Shown one piece after another: positions 20,230 through 29,049 of a stretch of DNA of 64,000 nucleotides (position 1 is the first letter of the stretch; each line of letters begins with the position of its first letter). The notes under the pieces were generated by a model. The model did no database searches and was not told where the DNA came from. It saw only the letters and a program-made list of their open reading frames with translations. The stretch is from a virus. The stretch spans positions 1 to 64,000 of IMG/VR virus record IMGVR_UViG_3300006040_000001, one strand, 5' to 3'. The translations under genes and the position numbers were made by a program.

Positions 20230-21765
20230 ATGTATACATTCACGATGGATGTATACTCCCATCACTTCGTCCTCACGGGTTTTGCCCGTGAAGGACAGCG
20301 GCTGATTACGGAGTATGCCCGAGAGTTTATTGAGTACCAGTATGTGAAAGGCTGGGCTGGTGAGGTAACCCGCGAACAAGTACGTATATTCGCAGCATCT
20401 ACGCCTAAACGCGAATACTATCGGTTCCATCGTAATGCATTAGACCACTTCATGCTATTCATAAAAGCCAGAGGGTATAATGAATCTACTATAAACCGAA
20501 TAGATCATCCGATGTATGAACCGGTAAGGGTAGAGATGCCTTTACTACCCCACGCCAAAGCCAGAGACTACCAGATCCCACTAGTAGAACATTTATGTAA
20601 GCCCTTGAAATCAAAGGTATTAATGCTCCAGACAGGTCAAGGAAAAACCTTCTGTGCACTAGACGCCATGTCTAAATTAGGCTATAGAACCGCTATCGTT
20701 ATCCGCCCAATGTATATCCAGCGATGGGTAGATGCATTAACGAAACCACGTGAGAAGATGTTGGATATAGATGAATCCGACATTCTAGTGGTACAGGGTA
20801 CTAAACAACTACGCGGATTAATAGCCCACGCCAAAGCTGGGCTACCGCTACCCAAAATCATTATTATCAGTAATCGTACACTGCAACTAATGTACGATCA
20901 CTATAGCCGTACGTGTTTAGATACGTTCTTCTACGGATGTGCCCCACACGAGTTATACGAGCTACTCGGTGTCGGTATTCGATTAATCGATGAAGTACAC
21001 CAAGATTTTCATTTTAATTTCCTACAGGACTTATACTCACACGTACCTACTACGATAAACCTCAGTGCTACCCTAGAATCAGATGCATCCTTTACAAACC
21101 GCATGTATCAATGGATGTTTCCCGCCGAGACTCGTGGTAAAACCGATAACTACATTAAGTATATTGCTGTAAAGGCATTAACCTATACGCTAAAAGAACC
21201 AGAGCGTGTTAAATACTTAAGACGTGGTAGAGGATCGTATTCGCATGTAGACTTTGAAAAATCCATTATGCGTTATAAAGACATGATGGTGTCTTACGGC
21301 AATATGATTGATGTGGCCTTAAAGGAATATTACATCCCTAAGAAAGAACCCGGTCAGAAAGCAATCGTGTTTGCTGCTACAGTCGATATGTGCGGAGTCG
21401 TAGCCGGACAACTTCAGTTAAAATACCCTGACTTAAATGTAAATAAATACACAGCCGAAGATGACTATGATAAACTCATGGAGTCCGATATCTGCGTATC
21501 CACAATCGGTAGCGCCGGTACAGCAGTAGACATTCCTGATTTGAAATACTGTTTGTCTACCACCGCTATCGGTAAAACAGAAACCAACTTACAGGTCATG
21601 GGTAGACTACGTCAGTCTAAACGTTGGCCTGAGATGACACCGATATTCTCTTACTTCGTATGCCTAGACGTACCCCAGCAGGTAAAATACCATTTGTCTA
21701 AAAAGGAAAAGTTCAAAGGCAAAGTACTATCACACCAAACCGTAGACCTAGGTCTTAAACTGTAG
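20230..21765 (+). CDS. superfamily 2 DNA helicase (phiKZ gp75/UvsW-like)
   Basis: TGQGKT, IDEVH, LSAT and QVMGRLR motifs. Confidence 0.9.
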   Translation: MYTFTMDVYSHHFVLTGFAREGQRLITEYAREFIEYQYVKGWAGEVTREQVRIFAASTPKREYYRFHRNALDHFMLFIKARGYNESTINRIDHPMYEPVRVEMPLLPHAKARDYQIPLVEHLCKPLKSKVLMLQTGQGKTFCALDAMSKLGYRTAIVIRPMYIQRWVDALTKPREKMLDIDESDILVVQGTKQLRGLIAHAKAGLPLPKIIIISNRTLQLMYDHYSRTCLDTFFYGCAPHELYELLGVGIRLIDEVHQDFHFNFLQDLYSHVPTTINLSATLESDASFTNRMYQWMFPAETRGKTDNYIKYIAVKALTYTLKEPERVKYLRRGRGSYSHVDFEKSIMRYKDMMVSYGNMIDVALKEYYIPKKEPGQKAIVFAATVDMCGVVAGQLQLKYPDLNVNKYTAEDDYDKLMESDICVSTIGSAGTAVDIPDLKYCLSTTAIGKTETNLQVMGRLRQSKRWPEMTPIFSYFVCLDVPQQVKYHLSKKEKFKGKVLSHQTVDLGLKL

Positions 21766-21779
21766 CGCAGGAGTAGTCA

Positions 21780-22079
21780 ATGCACCCCAATCATGAATTG
21801 ATTATATTAGCTAGACACGATGACAGTGATCAAGCGGAGGAGTTCTTAGATGCTGTAGGTCAGGCCGAAGAGAACGACCGTCCAGGCGATAACGAAACCA
21901 TAGTACGTCTAGCTAATGTATTTGTTAACTATCTGATTACGCAGGGTAAGCTAGATCGAACCGAACGTGAAGAATACCTTACGTTCGTGGACGAACCTAT
22001 AGCACCTATACGGGATGATGACCTGGATGACGTGCTAGACCCTGACGATGAACCCACTCCAGATGTATTTGGAATATAA
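21780..22079 (+). CDS. small acidic hypothetical protein
   Basis: 99 aa, AGGAG RBS, very D/E-rich. Confidence 0.7.
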   Translation: MHPNHELIILARHDDSDQAEEFLDAVGQAEENDRPGDNETIVRLANVFVNYLITQGKLDRTEREEYLTFVDEPIAPIRDDDLDDVLDPDDEPTPDVFGI

Positions 22080-22080
22080 C

Positions 22081-22110
22081 CAGTAAAGGGAGCCTAGGCT
22101 CCCTTTACTG
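22081..22110. terminator. perfect 30-bp palindrome/terminator
   Basis: CAGTAAAGGGAGCCTAGGCTCCCTTTACTG, overlapped at its end by TGTGCC. Confidence 0.7.
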
Positions 22111-22140
22111 TGCCCTATTTTTAACTAAGCGAGTATTAAC

Positions 22141-22626
22141 ATGAATTTCTATATCGAACGAGTACAAGGTCTCTGTAACGTAAACGTGATTAGCGCATCA
22201 CAGAACAGCCACCGCACGCATGTTACGCGTGACGGTGAGTATTTAGAACCGCATTACGGTATCTACATTATACGTGAAGGAGATGTAGTATATACCCCAC
22301 TGATCGGTGAAGCTATTTACGTTGCGCAGACAGCCGGTCAAGACGGCTGTCTAGACCATAACTGGACTGTTATGCCAAACGGTTGTCCAGTGGCAGGAGA
22401 CTACCCGCGGGGCGCTACATTGTATTGGGACACGCGTGATCTACATCTTGTAGCTAAAGCATTATACATGGATGATATATTAGCTAGCACGGTCATGGAT
22501 GAGTGTAACTGGGCGGTAGATGAAGGCGTCCGTAATCTAGAGCGCGCATTCTCGCAAAACGGTAACCTATACGCACTATACGATGATATCCCAGCGCCGG
22601 AGGCTTTACATAATGGCGACTCTTAA
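22141..22626 (+). CDS. hypothetical protein
   Basis: 161-aa ORF. Confidence 0.65.
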   Translation: MNFYIERVQGLCNVNVISASQNSHRTHVTRDGEYLEPHYGIYIIREGDVVYTPLIGEAIYVAQTAGQDGCLDHNWTVMPNGCPVAGDYPRGATLYWDTRDLHLVAKALYMDDILASTVMDECNWAVDEGVRNLERAFSQNGNLYALYDDIPAPEALHNGDS

Positions 22627-22744
22627 CATACGCAGCCTAATGGTATCCGTGGTGGTATGTCACTGCGTGTACCCGACGCAGATCAACTGTGTATGTTTAA
22701 CGACACCGTTAAACTAATACGCGTGGACGATGGGGTTGATCGCA

Positions 22745-22775
22745 TTTAATCTCAGATACATATTACCTAAGTGAG
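22745..22775 (+). promoter_or_regulatory. early promoter
   Basis: TTTAATCTCAGATACATATTACCTAAGTGAG, near-identical to the motif at 29812-29842. Confidence 0.7.
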
Positions 22776-22830
22776 CCAAGATCAAACCCATCTTACTCAA
22801 CTTCCTTTAACTGGGTTAGGTAATGTTATT

Positions 22831-23367
22831 ATGAAAATTTCAATAGAAGAGTATTACGCTAAACTGATGGCCCATGACTGGTACTATAGCTTTAGTGATG
22901 ATGGTGGTGTATGGAGCCGAGGTGAGGAATCCTTTAAGGCTTTAGCGGAAATCGCTAAAGCTGAAGGTGGTGTCTACGAGGCGGCGCTAGATGCATTTAG
23001 CGCCTCTGTGAACGGCTGCATCAGTGGTGGTGGTAGCGGCGGCAAGCCGTCGTTGGAGTCTATTCTGGCTACTCCTATCGTCCCTAAACAGACGCATGAG
23101 GAGTGGTTAGCGGAGTTCACGGCTAAAGCCGGTGCCGACTGGAAACGCCGGGCTGAACACGTGTTGGTAGATAAGCTACTGACAAACTCCGTTAAGCATA
23201 TGAACAATCGGCAGTACTGGTTTTACAAACCAGCCGAGGGTTCAATGCGGACGGTGTTGATCCCGGCCGATGGCGACTCGAGGATATATGAAGTCCGGTC
23301 GCTGGAGTTGGGTATCCAGCGGTTCGGGAGCTGGTGGGCTGTAGTCGATCACCTCCAACATCTTTAA
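22831..23367 (+). CDS. early hypothetical protein (HDWYYxFSDD...WxRG type N-domain)
   Basis: ATG 22831 after AGGT; own promoter and terminator (23375-23402). Confidence 0.7.
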   Translation: MKISIEEYYAKLMAHDWYYSFSDDGGVWSRGEESFKALAEIAKAEGGVYEAALDAFSASVNGCISGGGSGGKPSLESILATPIVPKQTHEEWLAEFTAKAGADWKRRAEHVLVDKLLTNSVKHMNNRQYWFYKPAEGSMRTVLIPADGDSRIYEVRSLELGIQRFGSWWAVVDHLQHL

Positions 23368-23412
23368 CCTTACCAGGGCTAGTCTAACTAGCCCTCTTTT
23401 TTGGAACCTACC

Positions 23413-23763
23413 ATGAGCACTATAATGAATACATCGGTTGCTACACCTATACGCACCGTATGGGTTAAACCCACTGTACGGTATGCTGATCCTAGCCTAC
23501 ATGATAAATACCTAGCTATTAATGAAACCTTAATAGCCTCCCTTAAAATAGTAGATGGTCAACCCCAGTACACTTACACACCTCCGGTTGGATATACACG
23601 GATCATCACGCTTATATCGGAGCCTCATGAGGCTCCGCGATTCGAGATCAATACGCGATTTCCACCACACCTAGATCCGCACTATGTCCGGTGCTGCTAT
23701 AGCATGATAGGACTAATCCAAGAGCTCTACAATATCGATGATTTTTATCGATATAATGAATGA
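23413..23763 (+). CDS. hypothetical protein
   Basis: ORF of about 116 aa ending at a convergent terminator. Confidence 0.6.
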   Translation: MSTIMNTSVATPIRTVWVKPTVRYADPSLHDKYLAINETLIASLKIVDGQPQYTYTPPVGYTRIITLISEPHEAPRFEINTRFPPHLDPHYVRCCYSMIGLIQELYNIDDFYRYNE

Positions 23764-23769
23764 CGGCAT

Positions 23770-23801
23770 AGTACTCCACTCCCTAGTGGGGGTGGAGTAC
23801 T
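23770..23801. terminator. hairpin between convergent genes
   Basis: AGTACTCCACTCCC...GGGGTGGAGTACT with ACGGCATA on the left flank. Confidence 0.7.
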
Positions 23802-23822
23802 AACCTATACTAACCTTTCTTT

Positions 23823-23885
23823 TTAGTCATCATCGGGATCTAGGTTGTCATCCGGATCCCATAGTTCATCATTCATCGGATCCAT
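23823..23885 (-). CDS. possible 20-aa acidic micropeptide
   Basis: MDPMNDELWDPDDNLDPDDD*, GGTGA upstream, overlaps the macrodomain stop. Confidence 0.35.
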   Translation of the reverse strand: MDPMNDELWDPDDNLDPDDD

Positions 23886-24330
23886 CTGGTTCACCGTAAA
23901 TTTCGATAGTTAAATGAGTCAAGGGTTTTAAATACTTAAGCATTAATGCACGTACATCAACCCAGTTAAGGCCACCGCACCCGCATCCTAGTTTAGGGAA
24001 CGCGAAACTACCTGGCTTATTTTTACGATACTGTCTAGCAAACCGCTGTAGCTCAACCTCTAAATCCACTAGGTTAGAGCGATCACTCCAATGATATTTA
24101 GTTACAAACAACATCAGATATTTATCGTTGATGAAATCTACAGTAGCAATACGATCCTCATCCGCCTGACGTTTACTACACCAGCGTCTATACGCCAGAT
24201 AAGCACTATGGTCTAACTGCTTAGCCTTTAAAGCCATGCCAGCACCCATAATACCTACTACGTTAACCGGACAGACGATGACCGCGCAGCTCGTATTAAA
24301 TATATTCCCGTCTTTATATATAATGGTCAT
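23869..24330 (-). CDS. macrodomain (ADP-ribose processing, DarG/Poa1p-like) protein
   Basis: GNIF, CPVNVVGIMGAGMA, FVTKYHW, FPKLGCGCGGLNW. Confidence 0.9.
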   Translation of the reverse strand: MTIIYKDGNIFNTSCAVIVCPVNVVGIMGAGMALKAKQLDHSAYLAYRRWCSKRQADEDRIATVDFINDKYLMLFVTKYHWSDRSNLVDLEVELQRFARQYRKNKPGSFAFPKLGCGCGGLNWVDVRALMLKYLKPLTHLTIEIYGEPDGSDE

Positions 24331-24349
24331 TGTGTTCCTTAGCGCCTAC

Positions 24350-24790
24350 TTACGTAGGCGGTGTGGGGTGTGTACTCGCCGCTAGCTCACCAAGCTCCTC
24401 TACCATATACTCAATTACTGCTCTAGGTAAATCCATAAACTCAAGTAACGTAAGTTTATAATGATCATACACTTTAAACAACCGATATTGATGCATGCGT
24501 CGATACATAGGACCGAGGGTGGGTAGATCTTCTTTTGGGTTCATAGCAACTAAGGCTAGTGGTGAGCATTCAGGATTTAAGGTCTCGTCAAGTATGGCAA
24601 TACCGTAGTCCTCTAAATACGATTCCCGTAAATAGATTTTAGCATCCATGCCAGTAAGATTACGTCCATTTACTACGAGTTTGTTAATAATTTCCATTTG
24701 GTCTACCGTACTACCGAACATGTGGTTTAAGACATGTCCGTTAATAGGATCAGGATCAATTAACGAGCTTACTCGCTCTTTAGTAACCAT
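24350..24790 (-). CDS. conserved hypothetical protein; possible frameshift extension (GT-like) of the upstream gene
   Basis: 146 aa; LTLLEFMDLP motif; no SD before the ATG; in the -1 frame of the upstream ORF. Confidence 0.7.
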   Translation of the reverse strand: MVTKERVSSLIDPDPINGHVLNHMFGSTVDQMEIINKLVVNGRNLTGMDAKIYLRESYLEDYGIAILDETLNPECSPLALVAMNPKEDLPTLGPMYRRMHQYRLFKVYDHYKLTLLEFMDLPRAVIEYMVEELGELAASTHPTPPT

Positions 24791-26313
24791 AGCTTGCGGG
24801 CCACGAGGGTAAAAAAAAGTTGGTTTACCTCCAGTGGGATTAAGTGCGGATGTGTCGAGTCTGGGTTCACTAACGGCTTCTTACAGTTAGGGCACGCAAA
24901 CGCCGGCAGCGCAATCAATGAAATAACCGTATCATCAATGTACTTAGCAACGGCATCTAATAACTGCCCTACGGCGTACATATTAGCAGATAAGATATCT
25001 AACGCTTTTTCAACATCAGCACGTTCTTCCATGTAGGATTCGTCATCGTTAACAATCCGTTTAACAAACGGACTATACTGGCGTAGTGTGGTTAACAAAG
25101 CCTGTGACTTTAAGAACTCTTCTTTTTTCTTAGCGTTCAGGAACTTATCACCTAATGCGCGTTCAGTCGTATTAACGATACTAGAGATCCATTCAATCCC
25201 AGCATTGATGTGCTCACCTACGGTAGGTACTTTTAATACAACCTTAGTAACGATAGTATCATCGTATTCATCCATACGGATATCGAACGTACGTCCATCA
25301 GCAATAATCCCTTCTTGCTGATACGCCATGATTTCTTCGATACTGTATAGCTTATCAGGATTAGCCATGTGTCTAATTTGTGTAGGCGTTAACTGTGATG
25401 AATCCACCCACGCCAGCTTAGTTAGGTTCACGTGCTCTTTAGTTAAATGTGTACAGGCCGTAGGGTCTACGAAGCACGGTTGTGAGATCGTGTAGCCATT
25501 AGTGTAGATCGCACAGGCTAACCCATGCATGGTAACTGGAAAATCATAGCTACGCATTACATGTCGTAGCATATTAGGTTCAAAGTCTTTAATGTTAGCA
25601 CTTACTGTGTGCTCGACTAAGAAATCCATGAGTGAGCTGTTCATGTAAACATTATGATTAGAAAACACCAGCCCATTGGATTCACGACCTAGCTTGATTT
25701 TCTGGCTAGAGATATACTGATCTAGGATATTTAAGCTACTGTCAGCTGGCGTACGCACTGTGACCCAAATACCACTACCCCATAACGGGAACGTTAACAG
25801 CCCGCCCATTTTTACAGTAGACTGGAACTTAGCTACAGCAGCTTCCCCAGTCATTAACAATCCAGGGTTCTGTACTACGCGGGGTCTACGCATGCCGAGT
25901 TTACGGCCTTCGTACTCGATGTTTTGTTGCCATTTGGACCCTGGTCGTTCAAAACTCGCTGTGAATGCGCCATCCTGAATAGCGACATTGGCAGCTTGTA
26001 TAAACGCATGACCCCATTCACCTTGTAGTGTACCTTCGTTAATGCTATTATACGGGTGGCGTTGAGCCACTTGCGTAATCTGCGGCGTAGACATTCGATA
26101 TACGTATAACGGATATTCGTCTTTCCGTTTAGCGGCGCTAATAGGGCTATCGGTCATTGTTACATGGAGGTTAGCTTCGGGTACTGTAGCTTCTGGTTCC
26201 GAGGCTGGTGGAGCCGCACTAGTGACGGTATCACTGGTAGGTGCGGTAGCTGCGGCGGGCGCTAATACAGTATCGCTATTAGGTGTTAGCGCATCGGGTG
26301 TATGTTCATTCAT
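24769..26313 (-). CDS. conserved phiKZ-like protein (gp77-like position), candidate tail/baseplate assembly chaperone
   Basis: 514 aa; disordered N-terminus, two Cys pairs (CFVDPTAC, CPNC), ends LFF-TLV at a T8 run. Confidence 0.75.
   Translation of the reverse strand: MNEHTPDALTPNSDTVLAPAAATAPTSDTVTSAAPPASEPEATVPEANLHVTMTDSPISAAKRKDEYPLYVYRMSTPQITQVAQRHPYNSINEGTLQGEWGHAFIQAANVAIQDGAFTASFERPGSKWQQNIEYEGRKLGMRRPRVVQNPGLLMTGEAAVAKFQSTVKMGGLLTFPLWGSGIWVTVRTPADSSLNILDQYISSQKIKLGRESNGLVFSNHNVYMNSSLMDFLVEHTVSANIKDFEPNMLRHVMRSYDFPVTMHGLACAIYTNGYTISQPCFVDPTACTHLTKEHVNLTKLAWVDSSQLTPTQIRHMANPDKLYSIEEIMAYQQEGIIADGRTFDIRMDEYDDTIVTKVVLKVPTVGEHINAGIEWISSIVNTTERALGDKFLNAKKKEEFLKSQALLTTLRQYSPFVKRIVNDDESYMEERADVEKALDILSANMYAVGQLLDAVAKYIDDTVISLIALPAFACPNCKKPLVNPDSTHPHLIPLEVNQLFFTLVARKLWLLKSE
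24811..24832 (-). promoter_or_regulatory. candidate -1 programmed ribosomal frameshift site
   Basis: Minus strand GGAGGT-AAACCAAC-TTTTTTTT; the -1 frame is open into the downstream ORF. Confidence 0.55.
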
Positions 26314-26315
26314 GA

Positions 26316-26807
26316 TTATTCCAAGTCCAATAAAAGACCGCTGATGTCAGCGGCAGTGCCATGTACAATAACGGTGTTAAAAGAATCCATCCATTGACGG
26401 TATTCTTCACTAACTGCTACGCCATGCATGAGCTCGTCCTGCATGTTGTCTTCAGTTACTACCCGACCAACATACATATTACGGACATCCTCTAACCGCG
26501 CCGTAAATGATTGGATATCATTACTAAATGCGCGAGCCATGCCTGTAAATGTATCTATTAAACCTTTAGCTGTTAGCTTAGTACGCGTGTCTTCTGACCG
26601 TATAGCTTCTACGACTGGCACCACTACACTAAACAACTGCTGACATTCTTTATGGAACGCATCTAAGTCGCCCCATTTGAATTGTGGTTTAGCCGCTTTA
26701 CGTTGTTGCGCAGCAGCTCTGTCACGTGCCCTGTTTTCAGCAGTAATCTCTTCTGCTGTTTTCTTACGCATACCAGTCGGGGTTTGTCCGGGGGTATTCT
26801 TTTTCAT
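26316..26807 (-). CDS. hypothetical helical protein
   Basis: 163 aa, AGGA RBS, first gene of the minus-strand unit. Confidence 0.7.
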   Translation of the reverse strand: MKKNTPGQTPTGMRKKTAEEITAENRARDRAAAQQRKAAKPQFKWGDLDAFHKECQQLFSVVVPVVEAIRSEDTRTKLTAKGLIDTFTGMARAFSNDIQSFTARLEDVRNMYVGRVVTEDNMQDELMHGVAVSEEYRQWMDSFNTVIVHGTAADISGLLLDLE

Positions 26808-26913
26808 GGTTAATTCCTGTACTGTGTATAGTCGAGTGTGTAAATTGGTTATAGCTCTTCATAATACTAATAGCAGTGTAATAAATAACCTTCTTTATAG
26901 TGAGTAAAAACCT

Positions 26914-27747
26914 ATGTTTGATAAGCTAGAAAACTGCCTTAATAAATGGGTAGTACCACCTCGTCGTGAAGCCATTATGTCAGCCTTTACCGTACTAGAT
27001 GCGCATGGATCACATCGTGCCTGGACAGAGGTTAGTCAGTATTTAGAATACGCTGAAGGTTTAGAGCCCGTGTCGCAGATACTAGATACGATAGATAACT
27101 GCTTACACATTGATTTAGATACAATGCTCCAAGCCCATACCGTCATGATGGATGCATCTATCGTACTAAAGACCGAGGTATTAGAAGGACTATTGGTAAT
27201 GCAGTCCATCGAGGACACGCATACACTACTAGCTATTATCGACAGTGCCGATAACGAAATGGACGGGTTCATGGAGTTACTAGGATTCGTTTTAAATAAG
27301 CCGTGGGAGCATTTCTCTGAAGGAATACTCTCGGTATCCACCGCATTACTGGATAAGCTTACAGAGCAGCTAGAGTCCGTAGAGGCTACAGTAGAGTCGG
27401 CACCGTACGAGGTAGCTGACAACAAAGTCGCTAAACTAATTCCGTTTATGGAACGGTATGCCAGTAGTCTATTAGTAACCGCAGTAACAGATGATGGTCG
27501 CGTATTAGGCACCCCGCTAGATATTTTACGCAACGCCTATAAAGTACCATTGTTGTTATTGGAGCAGACAGATGCTAAGAGAGCCGCTATCGAGTTAGTA
27601 GGGTTTACGTTACTGAGCGATACCCCGTTAGCCGATGTCTATACTGTAGCCAAGCAACAGGCAGCGCTTATCTATAGTGATATTAATTTCTTAACCGCTA
27701 TAGACATTGCTATAGAACCTATATTGAGAGAGGTGATCCATGGATAA
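26914..27747 (+). CDS. conserved protein upstream of the vRNAP subunit (gp79-like)
   Basis: 277 aa, acidic and helical, overlaps the next start. Confidence 0.7.
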   Translation: MFDKLENCLNKWVVPPRREAIMSAFTVLDAHGSHRAWTEVSQYLEYAEGLEPVSQILDTIDNCLHIDLDTMLQAHTVMMDASIVLKTEVLEGLLVMQSIEDTHTLLAIIDSADNEMDGFMELLGFVLNKPWEHFSEGILSVSTALLDKLTEQLESVEATVESAPYEVADNKVAKLIPFMERYASSLLVTAVTDDGRVLGTPLDILRNAYKVPLLLLEQTDAKRAAIELVGFTLLSDTPLADVYTVAKQQAALIYSDINFLTAIDIAIEPILREVIHG

Positions 27748-29038
27748 ACGGCAGTATCTAATCGAAGCGTTGCAGGCGGGCGCCTATAAGCGCAAAGACT
27801 GGATCTTATCGGTATTCAGTGTGGTACGTAATACGACGACTATTGGCGCCGCATATCCGTATGCGTTAGTACACCAGCCTAATGATCCATTAGTCTATAC
27901 CATCGATCTTAACGATCCGGATGCGCTAACGGTTATCGATGGCGCTACCAAAGATCAACCGTTGTTTAGTCTGAAAGATAGAATTACCCTCCAGCCACAC
28001 GACATACCGAATGTCAAAGAGACTATAGAAACCAACCTCGGCAATCTGTTACTTAACTGTATGCTGTTCGTCTATCCGTTCGGCGATAAAATCCCGTTTA
28101 TGACCGGTAAACTAAAAGCGGGTAAGATAGAAGCCTTAGTAGCCTCGATGCTAACCCCGGATCCAGTAACAGGCGCTAATCGTGACCCTGCTAAAATATA
28201 CGTAGATGAGTACTTAAAATATTGTGAGGCTGTCTCAGCCGCAGCCGGCCTTACACAGCTATGCGTACCATCTGCCAGTCCTAAGACAATGTCTGTAAGC
28301 CCAGAGGTATTAAAACGGCGTGATGAGTTGCTGTTAGAATATGGTAGTCAGTTACATGACCCAGCTATCGTAGCTCGTATAGAGACCGAATTGACACAGA
28401 TGGATCGTGAGTGGTTTAAAGGCGATCCGGGCGAAGGGTTCTTACTCAGTGCCAAATCTGTGGATGTATCCCGTAAGCGCGCCTTCATCATGGTCGGTGC
28501 GGAAACAGGGTTCGGCGATACCAAAGATGGCGTAGACCCTATTAAGAAGTCTTTATCAGAAGGCTGGGACTTAGAACAATTACCAGCGATGGTTAACAAC
28601 CTACGGTCTGGTAGTTATAACCGGGGACATGAAACAGCATTAGGCGGTGAGTCAGTTAAGTATTTCTATCGTATATTCCAGAATACACGCGTCGTGGAAG
28701 ATGACTGCGGTTCTACCGAAGGGTTACCGTGGGTAGTGACGACAGATAACTTTACTACGTTTGACGGCCTATGGACTACGGACGGCGTAGCCTTAGACGT
28801 ATCCAGTAGCAAAGCACTCATTGGTAAATCTATTAAGCTACGGAGCCCAATGTTATGTAGAACGGCAGCGCCTTCGTTCTGTGCTAAATGCGTAGGTAAA
28901 TTATTGGCCGCTAACCCGACTGGTCTACACATCGCTGCTTCCGACGTTGGTAGTATCTTTATGTCGACGTTCATGGGCGCTATGCACGGCAAAGCGTTAC
29001 GTACCGCTAAATTTGATTATCGAACAGCAATAACCTAA
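27740..29038 (+). CDS. rpoC: virion RNA polymerase beta' subunit fragment (phiKZ gp80-like)
   Basis: RSGSYNRGHETALGG (bridge helix), EDDCGS, LRSPMLC...FCAKCVG, FMGAMHG. Confidence 0.9.
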   Translation: MDKRQYLIEALQAGAYKRKDWILSVFSVVRNTTTIGAAYPYALVHQPNDPLVYTIDLNDPDALTVIDGATKDQPLFSLKDRITLQPHDIPNVKETIETNLGNLLLNCMLFVYPFGDKIPFMTGKLKAGKIEALVASMLTPDPVTGANRDPAKIYVDEYLKYCEAVSAAAGLTQLCVPSASPKTMSVSPEVLKRRDELLLEYGSQLHDPAIVARIETELTQMDREWFKGDPGEGFLLSAKSVDVSRKRAFIMVGAETGFGDTKDGVDPIKKSLSEGWDLEQLPAMVNNLRSGSYNRGHETALGGESVKYFYRIFQNTRVVEDDCGSTEGLPWVVTTDNFTTFDGLWTTDGVALDVSSSKALIGKSIKLRSPMLCRTAAPSFCAKCVGKLLAANPTGLHIAASDVGSIFMSTFMGAMHGKALRTAKFDYRTAIT

Positions 29039-29049
29039 GTGAGGACACT

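Noticed and set aside
4357-21765. Inteins or introns in the RNAP or helicase genes
   Set aside because: ORFs are continuous, of expected size, with no intein-like insertions visible
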